DNA of 35,472 bases from Neoconidiobolus thromboides FSU 785. Lineage: Eukaryota; Fungi; Entomophthoromycota. The translations under genes were made by a program, and so were the position numbers. Below, piece after piece: positions 11,464 through 23,242 of this stretch. The notes beneath the pieces were generated by a model, which was not told the DNA's origin, searched no databases, and saw nothing but the letters and a program-made list of their open reading frames with translations. Numbering within the stretch: position 1 is the stretch's first letter; every line of letters begins with the position of its first letter. The stretch spans positions 1 to 35,472 of the forward strand of contig MU626458.1 of NCBI GenBank assembly GCA_025603075.1, in the 5' to 3' direction.

Positions 11464-11991
11464 ATATATTTAAACAAATTCACAAAATGAATAATAGTTT
11501 AAATATTAGTCTTAATTTTTTTGCTGAGCATCATGGAAAAAGTATAGTTGATGGACATTTTGGAAACCCTTCAAAATGGAAAAGTAGTTTTGAAGCGTTA
11601 GGTAAAATAGAAGACATTAGTCAATTAATTTCAAGATTTGAGGCTTTTATTTGCGAGCATAATATAAAATTAATAACTCGACTGTTAAAATGGGAAAACA
11701 GATAAATTTTTAAAAAGTATAAAAGAAACAAAAGTATAAAAAGAATAATAGAGATGCAAGGCATTAAAGAAGTATTTACACATTATTAAACATAACAATA
11801 AACTACGTTGTTATCCAGTATCTGATAGATCAAAAAGAGCGATATAGCTACAATTAGAGTTATAAAGTCTATAGAAAATACAAAAATTAAAAGATCAATC
11901 CCAGCTTATCTTACCAAAATAACAGAGAATTTAAATTTTTGACATTTACTAAGCAAGTAGTTTGTTAAATGATAGAAATCAATTACTAAAT

Positions 11992-12089
11992 GGGAGTGTT
12001 TTTTTAATTTCATTATTTTTTTCATTTTTTAAGCGCTATTTGAGCAGAAAATTTGTTAGTAAAATCCTTAAACACAAAAATACACCCTC
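11992..12089 (-). mobile_element. MITE inserted just downstream of the transposase
   Basis: AAAT TSD at 11988-11991 and 12090-12093. The paralogous empty site is in copy D (reverse complement of about 35435-35472). Confidence 0.96.
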
Positions 12090-12605
12090 AAATGTTAATA
12101 TTACTTAAGTTGTTAATAGCTAAGCTAATAAAGAATTAAAAAGCAAGTAAACATGGTAATAAATAAAAATCATTATTATGTTGTTTATATTATATAAACA
12201 TAATTGGTTACAGTTTTGGGGCTAATTACTCCCTCCCATGCAGTTATTTATTAACTTAGCAATATATTAATAATGTAATTATAACATTAAAATAGTTTAT
12301 TTATTTGATAAAAAATCTGCAATGTTGGTTATAAAGCAGTCAATAATAAACACTTATCAATAAAACTTTATAAGAAGATGTATTTATTTACATACTACAA
12401 CTTTAATCAATATCAATATATGAGTTGTATTAGTAAAAGCTTTGCTAATATGGGAGTTTCGATTAAAATTAGTAGAAATTCTGCCAACTTATAATATAAA
12501 TTATAAATTTAAAACTGCTTCAGGTACTTTTGTTTTTTAATAAATAATTTACTATAAATCACTCTAATTTTTTTAAATATAGAAACTTTTAAAAAAGTTT
12601 TGAGT

Positions 12606-12645
12606 AGGGATGTGTTTTTATATCTAAAAATTTTATATCAATTTA
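12606..12645 (+). mobile_element. Degenerate partial MITE left arm
   Basis: AGGGATGTGTTTTTATATCTAAAAATTTTA resembles the MITE left end. Confidence 0.45.
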
Positions 12646-12713
12646 TAACAAAGTTCAATATACTTAAAAATCATAGTTATCTTAAACGTTGAAAATAAAA
12701 AAAACCATTACAT

Positions 12714-12810
12714 GGGGATGTATTTTTGTGTTTAAGGATTTTACTAACAAATTTTCTGTCCAAATAGCACCTGAAAATGGAAAAAGTAATGAAGCCAAAA
12801 AAACACCCCC
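12714..12810 (+). mobile_element. MITE copy
   Basis: GGGGATGT...ACACCCCC with flanks ACAT/ATAT (one mismatch). Confidence 0.94.
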
Positions 12811-13872
12811 ATATTTTTTATTAAAAGTAGTAAGTTAATTGGATATAGTAGCAGTATATTATTTTTTTAAATGTCATTGTAAAGCTATTAAGCTTAGAAC
12901 TCTTTGAGACTTTTATATTAAAAATGTTTTTTTAACAATTGTACAATTAAAGCTTTAAAATATTTATAAAATCATACAAATATGATAGTATAACATTGTA
13001 ATATTTTGGTTGAAAAGTATTTAATTTTACTAAGTTTTAAAATGAACAACATAGAACATTTGAAATTTGGAATTTTAAAAAATTCACGATTTATTTTTAG
13101 TATTTAATGAGTTTATAAAATATTGAATATGTATTTGAAAATGAACGGTATTAATTAGTATGAAATCAACTAATTTGCAAAAATAATCAATTACAATAGT
13201 TTCTATATTAATATTAATTATACATTTATTTTACAAAACTTAAAGTTGATATTGAAATAGACATAGACTAATCCCCTTTGTTACTCTTTTCACAAGAGAT
13301 TAGAATGAGTTTGGTATACTATTCTCAAGATATCCAATAGGAATTAAACTCTTTAATTTATTAAATAATCTTATATTTTAACAAAATCGGATTTACTTAT
13401 GGAACAGTTATTCAAAAGCTTTATCTTTAAAGATTATAAACAAATATCAAACATACAATAAAAAGTACATCAGTTTTATAAGTTAAGTCCTTTTATCACT
13501 AAAGCGGATTTAATGAATTTAAAATTTGTATTTGAGTACATTTTTAATAGGGAAAAACGCAAAAAAGTGGAGGAATAAAAAGTTAATTAGAATCTCATTC
13601 AAATTAGATTCACTACCTTTTAGAAAATAAGTCAATTTTATTGGCTGAAATTATTTTCTTATTGGGAATACAAAAATTAAGATGAATTAAGTATAAAGTC
13701 CCAATAAAATTTACAATTACTTAATTAGATATTGTTTTAATTCAATTAAATTGCAAGTATTCTTAGAATTAAGGATACATTATATGGTTAAAATAATCAA
13801 AATAATCATATAAATAACCTTGCATTTTTCAAAACAAACTGCTTTTACTTTTATTAATTACGATACAGCAAT

Positions 13873-14877
13873 ATGATTTTAGAAGTAGGACAAATTCTTG
13901 CTTTGGTATTCTGCATTATTGGGGTGACACTCAATCTTGTAGTTGGTGGGGTAGTTACTTTTGGGCTTAAACTAAGGACGAGCGATCTAATTTTAATTGC
14001 TATGATAGCAGGGTCAGATTCATTATTTTATCTTAACAACATTATACGTATGATTTTAATAGCTGTTGGATACCTTGTACCAAATACTAGTAATGTTGCT
14101 CCAGATCCAGCTTGGTGGTGTCCATATGATAGTACTATGACTCTAACAGGTTTACAAATCTCAATTGAGTTTGTTGCTTTATTAAGTATAATGAGATATA
14201 TGGGGTTATGTCACAGAAAAAAATTATCGTTCTGGGTTTGGTTCCCATTATCTTGTCTTTCCATTTTATCTGCAGTTGGTTTATTATTAGGAAATTGGTA
14301 TTATGGAATTTATCATTGGTCAGAATCTCATTTATTTTGCTTACCAGTCATCAATCCTTTCAGAGCATTTAGCAACGATAATCGTGATTACTTTGTAACT
14401 TGGTTTTCATCTTTCATGGGGAGATTTTTTATCTCTTTAATTATTATTGTTTTTTGCTATTTCAAAGTAGCCCAAGTTTATCGTCAAGCTATAACACAAT
14501 CAGGTATGATGGCAATTAAAGCGCAACAAGAAGAAGGATACGAAAGTGATGGTATTTCTCTTAATGAAGCTAATAAAATTGATGAAATTTCCAAGTTAAA
14601 TCAACAAATCAAAGCCCAAAAAGTATTTGCAACACTCAAATTAATGGGTGCAGCATTTGCATATATCATCTGTGTATTACCAGATATGGTTGTAAGTATC
14701 TTTTACATTCAGGAGCACTATCTGACCGATCCTAAAATTTATATAACAACGCATTTGCTAATGTGTTGTGGAGGTCTAGTGAACGCACTTTTTGTTCTTT
14801 CCTCTCATGATCCTTCTAAACGTTATCTTAAGAGTTTATTCGTGAAAGAAGAGGAAGGAGAAGAGGATTACGAATAA
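13873..14877 (+). CDS. Divergent 7TM class-A-like GPCR (334 aa, intronless)
   Basis: Seven hydrophobic segments. WWCPYD before TM3, LSIMRY at the DRY position, second Cys in ECL2 (HLFCLP), TM6 AYIICVLPD, TM7 end SHDPSKRYL. Shared with the 18.6-kb and 21.3-kb paralogs. Confidence 0.85.
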   Translation: MILEVGQILALVFCIIGVTLNLVVGGVVTFGLKLRTSDLILIAMIAGSDSLFYLNNIIRMILIAVGYLVPNTSNVAPDPAWWCPYDSTMTLTGLQISIEFVALLSIMRYMGLCHRKKLSFWVWFPLSCLSILSAVGLLLGNWYYGIYHWSESHLFCLPVINPFRAFSNDNRDYFVTWFSSFMGRFFISLIIIVFCYFKVAQVYRQAITQSGMMAIKAQQEEGYESDGISLNEANKIDEISKLNQQIKAQKVFATLKLMGAAFAYIICVLPDMVVSIFYIQEHYLTDPKIYITTHLLMCCGGLVNALFVLSSHDPSKRYLKSLFVKEEEGEEDYE

Positions 14878-15194
14878 GTATTCAGTTTGTATTGTTAAAT
14901 TATTTAATAAGCTTTCTAATAGTTTAATAAGTCGAAATAAATTAAACCTTATCTTATTTAAAAGATCCCTTATCTATTTTTATAAATTATATAAGCTCAA
15001 TAAATAGGGAGTTTTTATTCAAGGTTATATTATATAAGTAGCTTATAGTTTATAATCATATTTAAATACTCAATTATTGAGAATCGAAATAACTAAGTCT
15101 GTAGGCTTTCTTATAGTACTTTGTTTGACATTCTATTACTATTTGTTATTTAAAATAGTTAAAATAGATCCCTATAACTTTAAAGATAAGATAT

Positions 15195-15293
15195 GGGAGT
15201 GTTTTTTTTGACTTTATTACTTTTTCCATTTTTTAAGCACTATTTGAATGTAAAATTTGGTGGTAAGATTCTTAAACACAAAAAGACATCCCC
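15195..15293 (-). mobile_element. MITE copy
   Basis: GGGAGTGT...ACATCCCC with ATAT TSD on both sides. Confidence 0.95.
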
Positions 15294-16812
15294 ATATATA
15301 TTTTTAACATTAATTCAATAAATGACGTAAAGATTATATAATAACTAATTTATAAGAACGACTATTGATAACTTATTACAGTATTTTATAAATCAAAATT
15401 ATTCCTATACAATATCTAATTACTCTTTATAGTAAATATATTTTTAATAAATATATTTTTAATAAATATATTTTTGTCACCTATTTTAATATAGTATATT
15501 CCTAAAATTATTATTTCAAAAAGCTTCTATTCGATTTAAAATGTTTATGATATTAATTTATCTAACTAATATGTTTGATACTATTTATTAACCCTTATTG
15601 AAATGAAATAATATAATGCATTCAAGTCATAATTAAAAGCAAATATATTAAATATATTAAACATACTTATTTAGTAATGTACTCTCGATAGTTTATGTTA
15701 TTTCAATCTGGGGTTTGAGGAAAATAATTTATTACAGTTTAAATATTTAAAGAGAATACTAAAGAATAGTTATATTAATAAATATAATATTAAATATATT
15801 TCTTGCCTTTAGAAATTTCGAATATAAAATAATTAAATGTGGGTTATTATTTGTCTAAGAATATAGATTAAAAATTCATAAAAGTGATTGTATTTAATAA
15901 TACAATACATATATTGTATAACATAAAATAATCAAATATATAAGATAATAACATCAGGCATAGAAGAGCAGTAAATTTAAACCAAAGGCTTATTTTTCCT
16001 TAGGTTTGATTTCTTGAAATTTTCATTTTAACATGTTATGAAAATAATTTTATTTGCTTCTAAAATTAGTATAAATAGGAATGCTTTTTAGCTTGTCATC
16101 TAACTAGTGTATTTACACAAAAGATGATAAAGCAGTGAAACGAGAAATATTCCAATATAGACTTTATAAAATCGAGTTTGGATCAATGATAGTATTTATT
16201 TTTAGCTTTAATCAAGTTTTTAGATTTATCGATATGATATTTAATATAAAGTAGGTTAATAAGAATATACTATATAGTAACACCAAAGTTGTATTCTATT
16301 TAATTCAATATTATAAGTTTAAAAATAGCATTAAAGCAAGAAAGTTTATAAACAATATCAAAAACTAAAAGTTTACTCTCAAAAGCATCGGCTACAACTA
16401 TATATTCAAAACAGTAATTTAGCTTATTTATCTAAATCTCACTTAAAAGCGGCTCAACTAGTCAGCAACCTGGGAACTGGAATAAACAATAGTATTGAAG
16501 TAGCTGACTAGTCAAAGCCGTTAAAAACGGGATTAGGTATTGGGCTATGGGTTTGAAATTTTTGCTGGAAAAAAGTTCTAAATTGAAGATATTAAATGAA
16601 CTAAAAAGCAGCTGCAATCAACTTTTATAAGGCTAGTTGTTTTAGATCAGTTTTTATATTGAAATACTAATTTAACATTGATATTAGGGTTAGAAATAAA
16701 ATTATTCAAATATTTGTTAACAATTTTGCTTTTCTGTTGTAAAAATTGATCCTTATAGAAATTCCACTCAAAGTTTACAGTCTACACTGTAATAATACCC
16801 TGGGAAAAATAT

Positions 16813-16905
16813 GGTGATATGTTTTTGTGCAAGATTTTTACTCAATTTTTCCACTTAAATAGTGGTTAAAAGATGAAAAAAGTTATGAAGCCAGAAAAAC
16901 ACCTC
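16813..16905 (+). mobile_element. MITE copy (diverged)
   Basis: GGTGATAT...ACACCTC with ATAT on both sides. Confidence 0.9.
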
Positions 16906-17129
16906 ATATACTGTAAAAAAATTGTTAGTGATAGGAAAGAATTAAACTAAAAATAGATTACGTAGTAAAACCTAATTCCATTATTGGTTTATTTTATCGC
17001 GTTAATTAAAACAAGCTTTCATTATCCTACTTTTTATTTGTAAAAATGTGTAAAATTAAGGATCTCTCAACAGACTATAACTCATTTTTATCACACTCTA
17101 GTAAAATTTAAAAGAGGTCTTACTTTACT

Positions 17130-18542
17130 ATGGAAAATCATAATGTTAAAAGGACCAAGTTCGAGAGAGAAGGTAAACAAAAAGCGCCCCCTAGACTCCC
17201 GTTGGAATTAATGCACAACATTTTTGAGTATTTAGGTAATCAAGATATTGTAGATTGGATTTGTTTAAACAAGGCAATGTTCGAGTATTTTATACCGATT
17301 ATATATAAAGAAATCACAACTTCCAGTAGAATAGATATGGGGAACATCAATCTGGAAAAATATGGTAACCATATCAAAACTATCAATATGACAAATGAAG
17401 AAAATGAAACAAACAAAATAGAATTACTTTTTAAGCTGAATCAATTACACCCTGGTACTATTTATAATTTAAAATGTACTTATGAAGTGGCCAAAGCTCT
17501 AAGTCAATATTATTGTCTCCCAATAAACAAGTATATTTTGGACAATTTTAAAATTATTGAATTATATCATCCTTTTAATTCGATAAAAGAAGAAATGATA
17601 CCTTTCTCTATGCCAACGAGTTTCAGTAAAAACAATATAATTAATGGAGTAGAAAAAGTTGTAGTTAATAAAATAAAAGGAGAGGTAAATACAAATTATC
17701 TCGAATATTTATCCAAAGACAAAATCAAATACATATATTTTAATACTCATTCATCTATTTTCTTACGAAATTTCCCGGAACAAATATGTTCATTCCATAA
17801 TCTTAACACTTTAAAAATTAAAAGCAAAGGGTACGAATTAAATGTAAGGTCAATATTGTCATGTAAATATCCAAGTCTGGAAACGCTCTACCTTGAAATA
17901 CAAAATTATCATATGATTGAAGATGGTATACGTACTCTTTTATTGGATTCTTACAATTTCCCAATATTAAAGAAATTAATGCTGCATATGGCTTATAAAT
18001 TTACATTTACAGGTCAATTTAAATTATTAAATGTGCTTTATTTAACAACACATGCTCAATTAGATGAACTTAAATTTGATTTTATGCTGTTTCCAAAACT
18101 TCAAGCTCTTCATTTGATAAGAGAAGATAAAATCTTTTCCCATACAACATTTAATTTTATCAACGCTGAAAAAAGCGAGTTAAAAAAATTGGCATTCCAT
18201 AACATTATATTTACTGATACATATTTTAACTATTTATCAAAGAACTTGAAATTTTTAAAGGTCCTTTACCTTGATAATAGTGGAATTGATAGTTCTGAAG
18301 ATGATACAGTAGATAATAGTTGCTTCATGTTGACTTTGAGATATTTTATATATGAAAATTCAGATAGTACTTTTCTGAATTGGTATTTGAGTCATTTTCC
18401 CAATCTTAAATACTTGTTTTGTAAAAAAGATAGCATAGAGCATATAAATGAGCAGTTTCCATCTATCGTTTGTTTAAAGGATTTATTTGACCCATATTTA
18501 AAACAATTTACATTTTCATTTCAAAACAACTTTTTATTCTAA
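17130..18542 (+). CDS. F-box / RNI-like leucine-rich-repeat protein (470 aa)
   Basis: N-terminal RLPLELMHNIFEYLGNQDIV F-box-like motif followed by repeated LxxLxL units (FPILKKLMLH, FPKLQALHL, FPNLKYLFC). Confidence 0.8.
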   Translation: MENHNVKRTKFEREGKQKAPPRLPLELMHNIFEYLGNQDIVDWICLNKAMFEYFIPIIYKEITTSSRIDMGNINLEKYGNHIKTINMTNEENETNKIELLFKLNQLHPGTIYNLKCTYEVAKALSQYYCLPINKYILDNFKIIELYHPFNSIKEEMIPFSMPTSFSKNNIINGVEKVVVNKIKGEVNTNYLEYLSKDKIKYIYFNTHSSIFLRNFPEQICSFHNLNTLKIKSKGYELNVRSILSCKYPSLETLYLEIQNYHMIEDGIRTLLLDSYNFPILKKLMLHMAYKFTFTGQFKLLNVLYLTTHAQLDELKFDFMLFPKLQALHLIREDKIFSHTTFNFINAEKSELKKLAFHNIIFTDTYFNYLSKNLKFLKVLYLDNSGIDSSEDDTVDNSCFMLTLRYFIYENSDSTFLNWYLSHFPNLKYLFCKKDSIEHINEQFPSIVCLKDLFDPYLKQFTFSFQNNFLF

Positions 18543-18605
18543 TAATTATAATAAATGTTTCTTTTTACTAACTTTATTTCTAAAAATGTATTATTATTTA
18601 TTTAA

Positions 18606-19634
18606 TTATAGAAAGTAAGATTTAATATCATTAACCAAACATTCGATTTTGAACAGCAAATATCGCTTAGAAGGATCATGAGATAAAAAAACAAAGATGG
18701 CATTAATTAGTCCATAAGAACTTAAAAGTAAATTTGATGAGATAAGGGTCTTTGTCCCAATACCACTGTACTCATATGCTTTTGGAATCAACTTAAGGAT
18801 ACTTATGAATATATCTGGTAATATACACAGAGAATAAGCCAACGCAGCTCCAATGAGCTTAAAGGTAGTAACCCATTTCTGTCGATTTAATTTTTGCTGC
18901 ATCTTTTGATTCACAATAATTGAAGAATCAAAATATTGTGATCCAGATTGAGAGGTTGCTCGTCTGCCATTTATGCTTGAAGTTACTTCGGCTTTTAAAA
19001 CTATATCATCAGATGACATTAGATCGTAGTAAGTATTAGATATATTTGAGTATGAGATTGTAATGAATATTAAAGATATGATTGAACGTATTGTATAATT
19101 TGCAAACCAGAAATAGTAATAATATTCAAGAAATTGATTAGGGTCATTGGGATTATCAGTAACTATACATACAAGTTTAGTAAGTGACCATTTGTAATAT
19201 CCGTCTTTAATATAAACTAACGAAAATGCTAAATTAGTGATAAGGGATATAAACGATGCTAAATAAAACCATTTTTGATTTACTTCTCTCTTTTTACATA
19301 TACATAAGTATCTCATATAACTAAGGATTGCTACACTTTCTAAACAAGATAGATAAATCGCCATATCAATTGTTGCATCAAAACGACACCACCACAAAGG
19401 TTCGGGGTGCAAAGATTCCGTATCAACTATCAGATACTCAATGCCAATTAAGAGCATCCTTAGTAAATTATGTAAATAGTAATAGGAATCAACTATAGCT
19501 ATATATAGGATTAACTTTAAGTCACTACTCCTTAATTCTAATCCAACGCTAACAATCAAGGCTATAATGACATTTAAAATTAATCCTATAGTTGCTATTA
19601 CTACTTGTATACTTTGCTCAATCGATAGTAGCAT
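18606..19634 (-). CDS. Divergent 7TM class-A-like GPCR (342 aa)
   Basis: WWCRFD, ILSYMRY, KLVCIV, AYSLCILPD and SHDPSKRYL motifs with seven hydrophobic segments. Confidence 0.85.
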   Translation of the reverse strand: MLLSIEQSIQVVIATIGLILNVIIALIVSVGLELRSSDLKLILYIAIVDSYYYLHNLLRMLLIGIEYLIVDTESLHPEPLWWCRFDATIDMAIYLSCLESVAILSYMRYLCICKKREVNQKWFYLASFISLITNLAFSLVYIKDGYYKWSLTKLVCIVTDNPNDPNQFLEYYYYFWFANYTIRSIISLIFITISYSNISNTYYDLMSSDDIVLKAEVTSSINGRRATSQSGSQYFDSSIIVNQKMQQKLNRQKWVTTFKLIGAALAYSLCILPDIFISILKLIPKAYEYSGIGTKTLISSNLLLSSYGLINAIFVFLSHDPSKRYLLFKIECLVNDIKSYFL

Positions 19635-20802
19635 CTTGGATTAATAAAGAGTAATAAGAAAAACTTTTGATAAATTTTAATATTTATTCATCCCAACATC
19701 GCCTTTAATAGGTTTATTTAATGTTCATAGATTTAGTATCATTCGCGCAAAATATACTTTAAATGGATAGATGTAGAAGTATAACGTGCTATATTGTTTT
19801 CAGATGACTAAAAAATAAAGCCAATTTAAGTAACTTTGAAAGCCAAAAACTACCAGATAAATATAAAATTTATATTTTAACTCTGAGGCTTATTTTATTG
19901 GTCATATTTAATGCATGGGACTAGCCGTAACCATTAAATAAAAAATGGTATTCTCATATCTTTATTAGTATTAGTCATATTTTGTATATTCTTTTATTAT
20001 TTTAATCCCGCATATTTGTTGTTTCCAAATTTATTGAAGTATCAAATTGGAACATTTGGTACTCGCTAGAACTTTGTTACAAAAAGCATCAAAGCACTTA
20101 CCTATGTATTAAAATTATTTTACCTCAAAATAATAATTGATATAATCAATTTATAATATGAGGATATTGGTGCTGTAGTATACATATAAGTTAAGTAGGT
20201 CATACCTTTATATTATTACAATCACTTTGAATCCTTTCATATTTTCGATCCTTATCTACGTAAATTAATATTTTACTTATTTTTAAAATTATGAATTCTA
20301 ATAATAATTTTAAATATTGATCTAAAAATATCATGTTTGTTACATACGAAATAATTTAAACCAATTATCTTTAATAAAATTTTGATATTTCACTTATTAG
20401 AAAGTGTTCCTTTCACCAGTATAAACACGGAAAATAAGGTATATAAAGGTATGTAGATTCTTTGTATACTATTGCTTTTTTAGTAAAGTATTTATGAATT
20501 TTTATTGTGATGCTTTTAGAATTAAATCCACGATCATTATACGGCTTAATTTTTTCCGATTTCGGGTAATATGTGTATGTCTCCCCCCACATATTCTCAC
20601 TGCTAATAAAACGTATATGATGTTTCTATTTTTTTTTAAATTTATTAAATATTCATAAATGATGTGAAATATTTATCACTTCTATTCTAATATGGAAATA
20701 AGCATTATAAATTATCTAAATAAATATATTAAAAGTAAGGATTAATATTGCCAAAATAAAAGATATTACTTTTTACGTTTTTAACATTTATCCTTAAGAT
20801 AT

Positions 20803-20900
20803 GGGGTTGTTTTTTTTGGTTCCATGAGTTTTTTCATTTTAAAGCGCTATTTTAGCGGAAAGATTATTAGTAGAATTCTTAAACAAAAAGACACATCCCC
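20803..20900 (-). mobile_element. MITE copy
   Basis: GGGGTTGT...ACATCCCC with ATAT TSD on both sides. Confidence 0.95.
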
Positions 20901-21293
20901 ATATGCTAGTTAATTAAACATGTATATGTTAATATATCATTTATTAATTTTTTTAAGTGATAATATATAAATAATATTAAGTAAAATTCAAAATAAAAAC
21001 TTAGAGTTTATAAAGGTTTTGTTCAATACAAATTTAAATTACATCATTCTAATAAGCTACAAAATGTTAAATATTTTTTTAATGTAAATTATTTCTATCA
21101 ATAATCATATTTATATAGACCAAGTTACTCGTTTATAAAATCAATATAAGGTTAATATCATGATGCTTAGAAATAAATACTTTATTATTAGTATCCTTAG
21201 AAAGCTAAACGTTGGACAAATTGTAATAATAGTTTCAACTATAAAATGAATATAAAGTTTAAATCTCATCTGCTATTTCACTTATTTAAATTT

Positions 21294-22319
21294 TTAAAAG
21301 CCAAAGCATGCTTTAACATTTTCGTATAAACATTGTAATTGAAAAAATAGATATTTCCTAGAAGGATCATGAGAAGATATAACAAAAAGAGAGTTAACTA
21401 AACCATAGGAGCTTAATAGTAAATTTGAGGTCATAAGATATTCAATGGTAATATGAGCATTTTTAGTCCCATTAGGTGTTAATCGAATGATACTTAATAT
21501 AATGTCTGGGAGTAAACAAACAGAATAAGCTAAAATGGCACTAATTAATTTAAATACTGTTAACCATTTTTGTTTGGTAATCTGTTTTGATTGAAAGTCA
21601 TAGGTCATACTATTATTCAGATACTGAGTGCTAACATGAGATTGAATACTTTCAACATTTGATGCGATCCCTGTTTTCATCATTATATCTCCAGTAGGTG
21701 ATAATCGCTCATAATAAACACTAATCATATTAAAATAAGAGAAAGCAATAACAATTAATGAAACAAGAGAGCGTACAGTATAACTAGAGAACCAAAAATA
21801 ATAATAATAGACAAAGCCTACATTGGTAATGTCTGGATTATCCGCAGTAATGCATACTAATTCAGTGGTGGACCATTTGTAATACCCATTTCCAATATAA
21901 ATCAATGATAATATAAAATTAGTAGAAAAAGAAACGGCTGCAATTGAATACCAAGTGGAGTTACTTAAATTCTTTTTTCTACAAATGCTTAAATACCGCA
22001 TAAAACTAAGTATAGCTACCAATTCAATACATGTGAGATAAAGTGCCATATCAATTGTGGCATCGAAAGGACACCACCAATGTGGACTCGGATTTGGCTG
22101 GATAATATCAACTTTTAAGAACTCAACTCCTATCAATATCATTCTTATTATATTATGTATGTAATAGTAGGAATCAAGGATTGCAATTATTAAAATCAAC
22201 TTTAAATCCATCGATTTTAACTTCAATCCTACACTAACTACTAATCCGACTATCACATTTAATATCAAGCCTATTACAGCTATCACCACTTGTATGCTCT
22301 GTCCAGTTGATAATAGCAT
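21294..22319 (-). CDS. Divergent 7TM class-A-like GPCR (341 aa), tandem paralog of 18606-19634
   Basis: Same orientation and long shared stretches (MLLS..QSIQVVIA.IGLILNVI, FDATIDMA.YL, SNLLLSSYGL.N, SHDPS). Confidence 0.87.
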   Translation of the reverse strand: MLLSTGQSIQVVIAVIGLILNVIVGLVVSVGLKLKSMDLKLILIIAILDSYYYIHNIIRMILIGVEFLKVDIIQPNPSPHWWCPFDATIDMALYLTCIELVAILSFMRYLSICRKKNLSNSTWYSIAAVSFSTNFILSLIYIGNGYYKWSTTELVCITADNPDITNVGFVYYYYFWFSSYTVRSLVSLIVIAFSYFNMISVYYERLSPTGDIMMKTGIASNVESIQSHVSTQYLNNSMTYDFQSKQITKQKWLTVFKLISAILAYSVCLLPDIILSIIRLTPNGTKNAHITIEYLMTSNLLLSSYGLVNSLFVISSHDPSRKYLFFQLQCLYENVKACFGF

Positions 22320-23151
22320 AATGTTAATTATTTATAAAACTTAAAAAGATGAAACTTTGTTGGAGATTGATATTTGCTATAAGGATTTATTTATAGCTGT
22401 ATGAAATTTAGTTCAGCTGACCTTTTATGCTACCATTATTCTTTTTTTAAATTTAAATATATACTTTTACAAAAATAAATTGCCAATTTTGTCCATCTCA
22501 TATATTTTGATATTTTTGTTTTTATACTATTGGTTTATTCTACTTTATTATTTATTGCTTATTATCCAACATTCAATATCATTATTAGTTTATCTTGTTT
22601 ACAATTTACATTTTGCAGTAAAAATCACGAGTTAATTTCACCTTTAATCCATTTTGCTTTAATTGGAAAAGCAATAAGAACGTTAAAAAGAAGCTTTATA
22701 TATTTAAACCATATGCATAAATAGAAAAAGGATACCTTAAGCCAATGGCTTATTTATGTGCTATACCACTTTTAATATACAATTTGTTAGTAAACTACTT
22801 AGAACATTAAACTTTTTAGAAGTTTTTAAAAAATCAAAAAGCTCATCTTTTTATATTTTGTATGAGATAATTTACCAAAAACCAAATAATTTAATATCAC
22901 ATTTAATAACTTCTTTATCAGTAGTTTGCGGTTCTGTTAGTATACTTGACATTTAGGCTACTATTTCTTAAAAGCGGAATACTTTTAATACTTAATTCCT
23001 CTTCATCAATATAAATGGATTATTTTACGAAATTAGTTCACTTTGGGTCTATTAATCATCTTACAGTTAAAAAAAACCCATCAGGTTATAGATAAAAGTA
23101 TTAAGATAAAAAAATCGCCCAGGGTACTTGATTTTTACTCTTTTACTGTCT

Positions 23152-23242
23152 GGGGATGTGTTTTTTTGTTCAAGAATTTTACTACAATCTTTCCACTCAA
23201 ATACTGCTTAAAAATGGAAAAATAATGAAAAAAAACAGCCTC
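23152..23242 (+). mobile_element. MITE copy (diverged)
   Basis: GGGGATGT...ACAGCCTC with flanks GTCT/ATCT. Confidence 0.88.

Larger units (their letters stand above)
10240..11973 (+). pseudogene. Sola2-like DDD transposase pseudogene
   Basis: ATG at 10240. Stops and frameshifts present. Catalytic-core motifs CIIILDFKQN, EILNHDS, (W)xD.xNHFRS and NFFAEHHGKSIVDGHFG. End coordinate approximate. Confidence 0.75.
9989..12545 (+). mobile_element. Near full-length dead Sola2-like DNA transposon (copy B): left TIR, transposase, 3' region; right TIR missing
   Basis: ATAT then GGGGTTGTCCGAATTGGTTTG at 9989 matches the right TIR of copies C and D. The 3' region 12090-12545 aligns to the reverse complement of about 35060-35450. 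Confidence 0.8.

Noticed and set aside
11225-11705. ORFs 11225-11473 and 11418-11705 as separate genes
   Set aside because: They are two halves of one transposase split by the 11365-11463 MITE; the overlapping parts are MITE-derived.
12454-12460. ATAT-GGGAGT as another MITE terminus
   Set aside because: It lies in the segment shared with copy A (atatagttaat there) and no MITE body follows.
15950-16420. Possible pseudogene on the minus strand (YIVVADAFESKLLVF...)
   Set aside because: Stops every few dozen codons and no identifiable family.
22530-23225. ORFs 22530-22724, 22756-22956 and 23043-23225
   Set aside because: Short, non-ATG starts for most, AT-rich, no motifs; the last one reads through a MITE.
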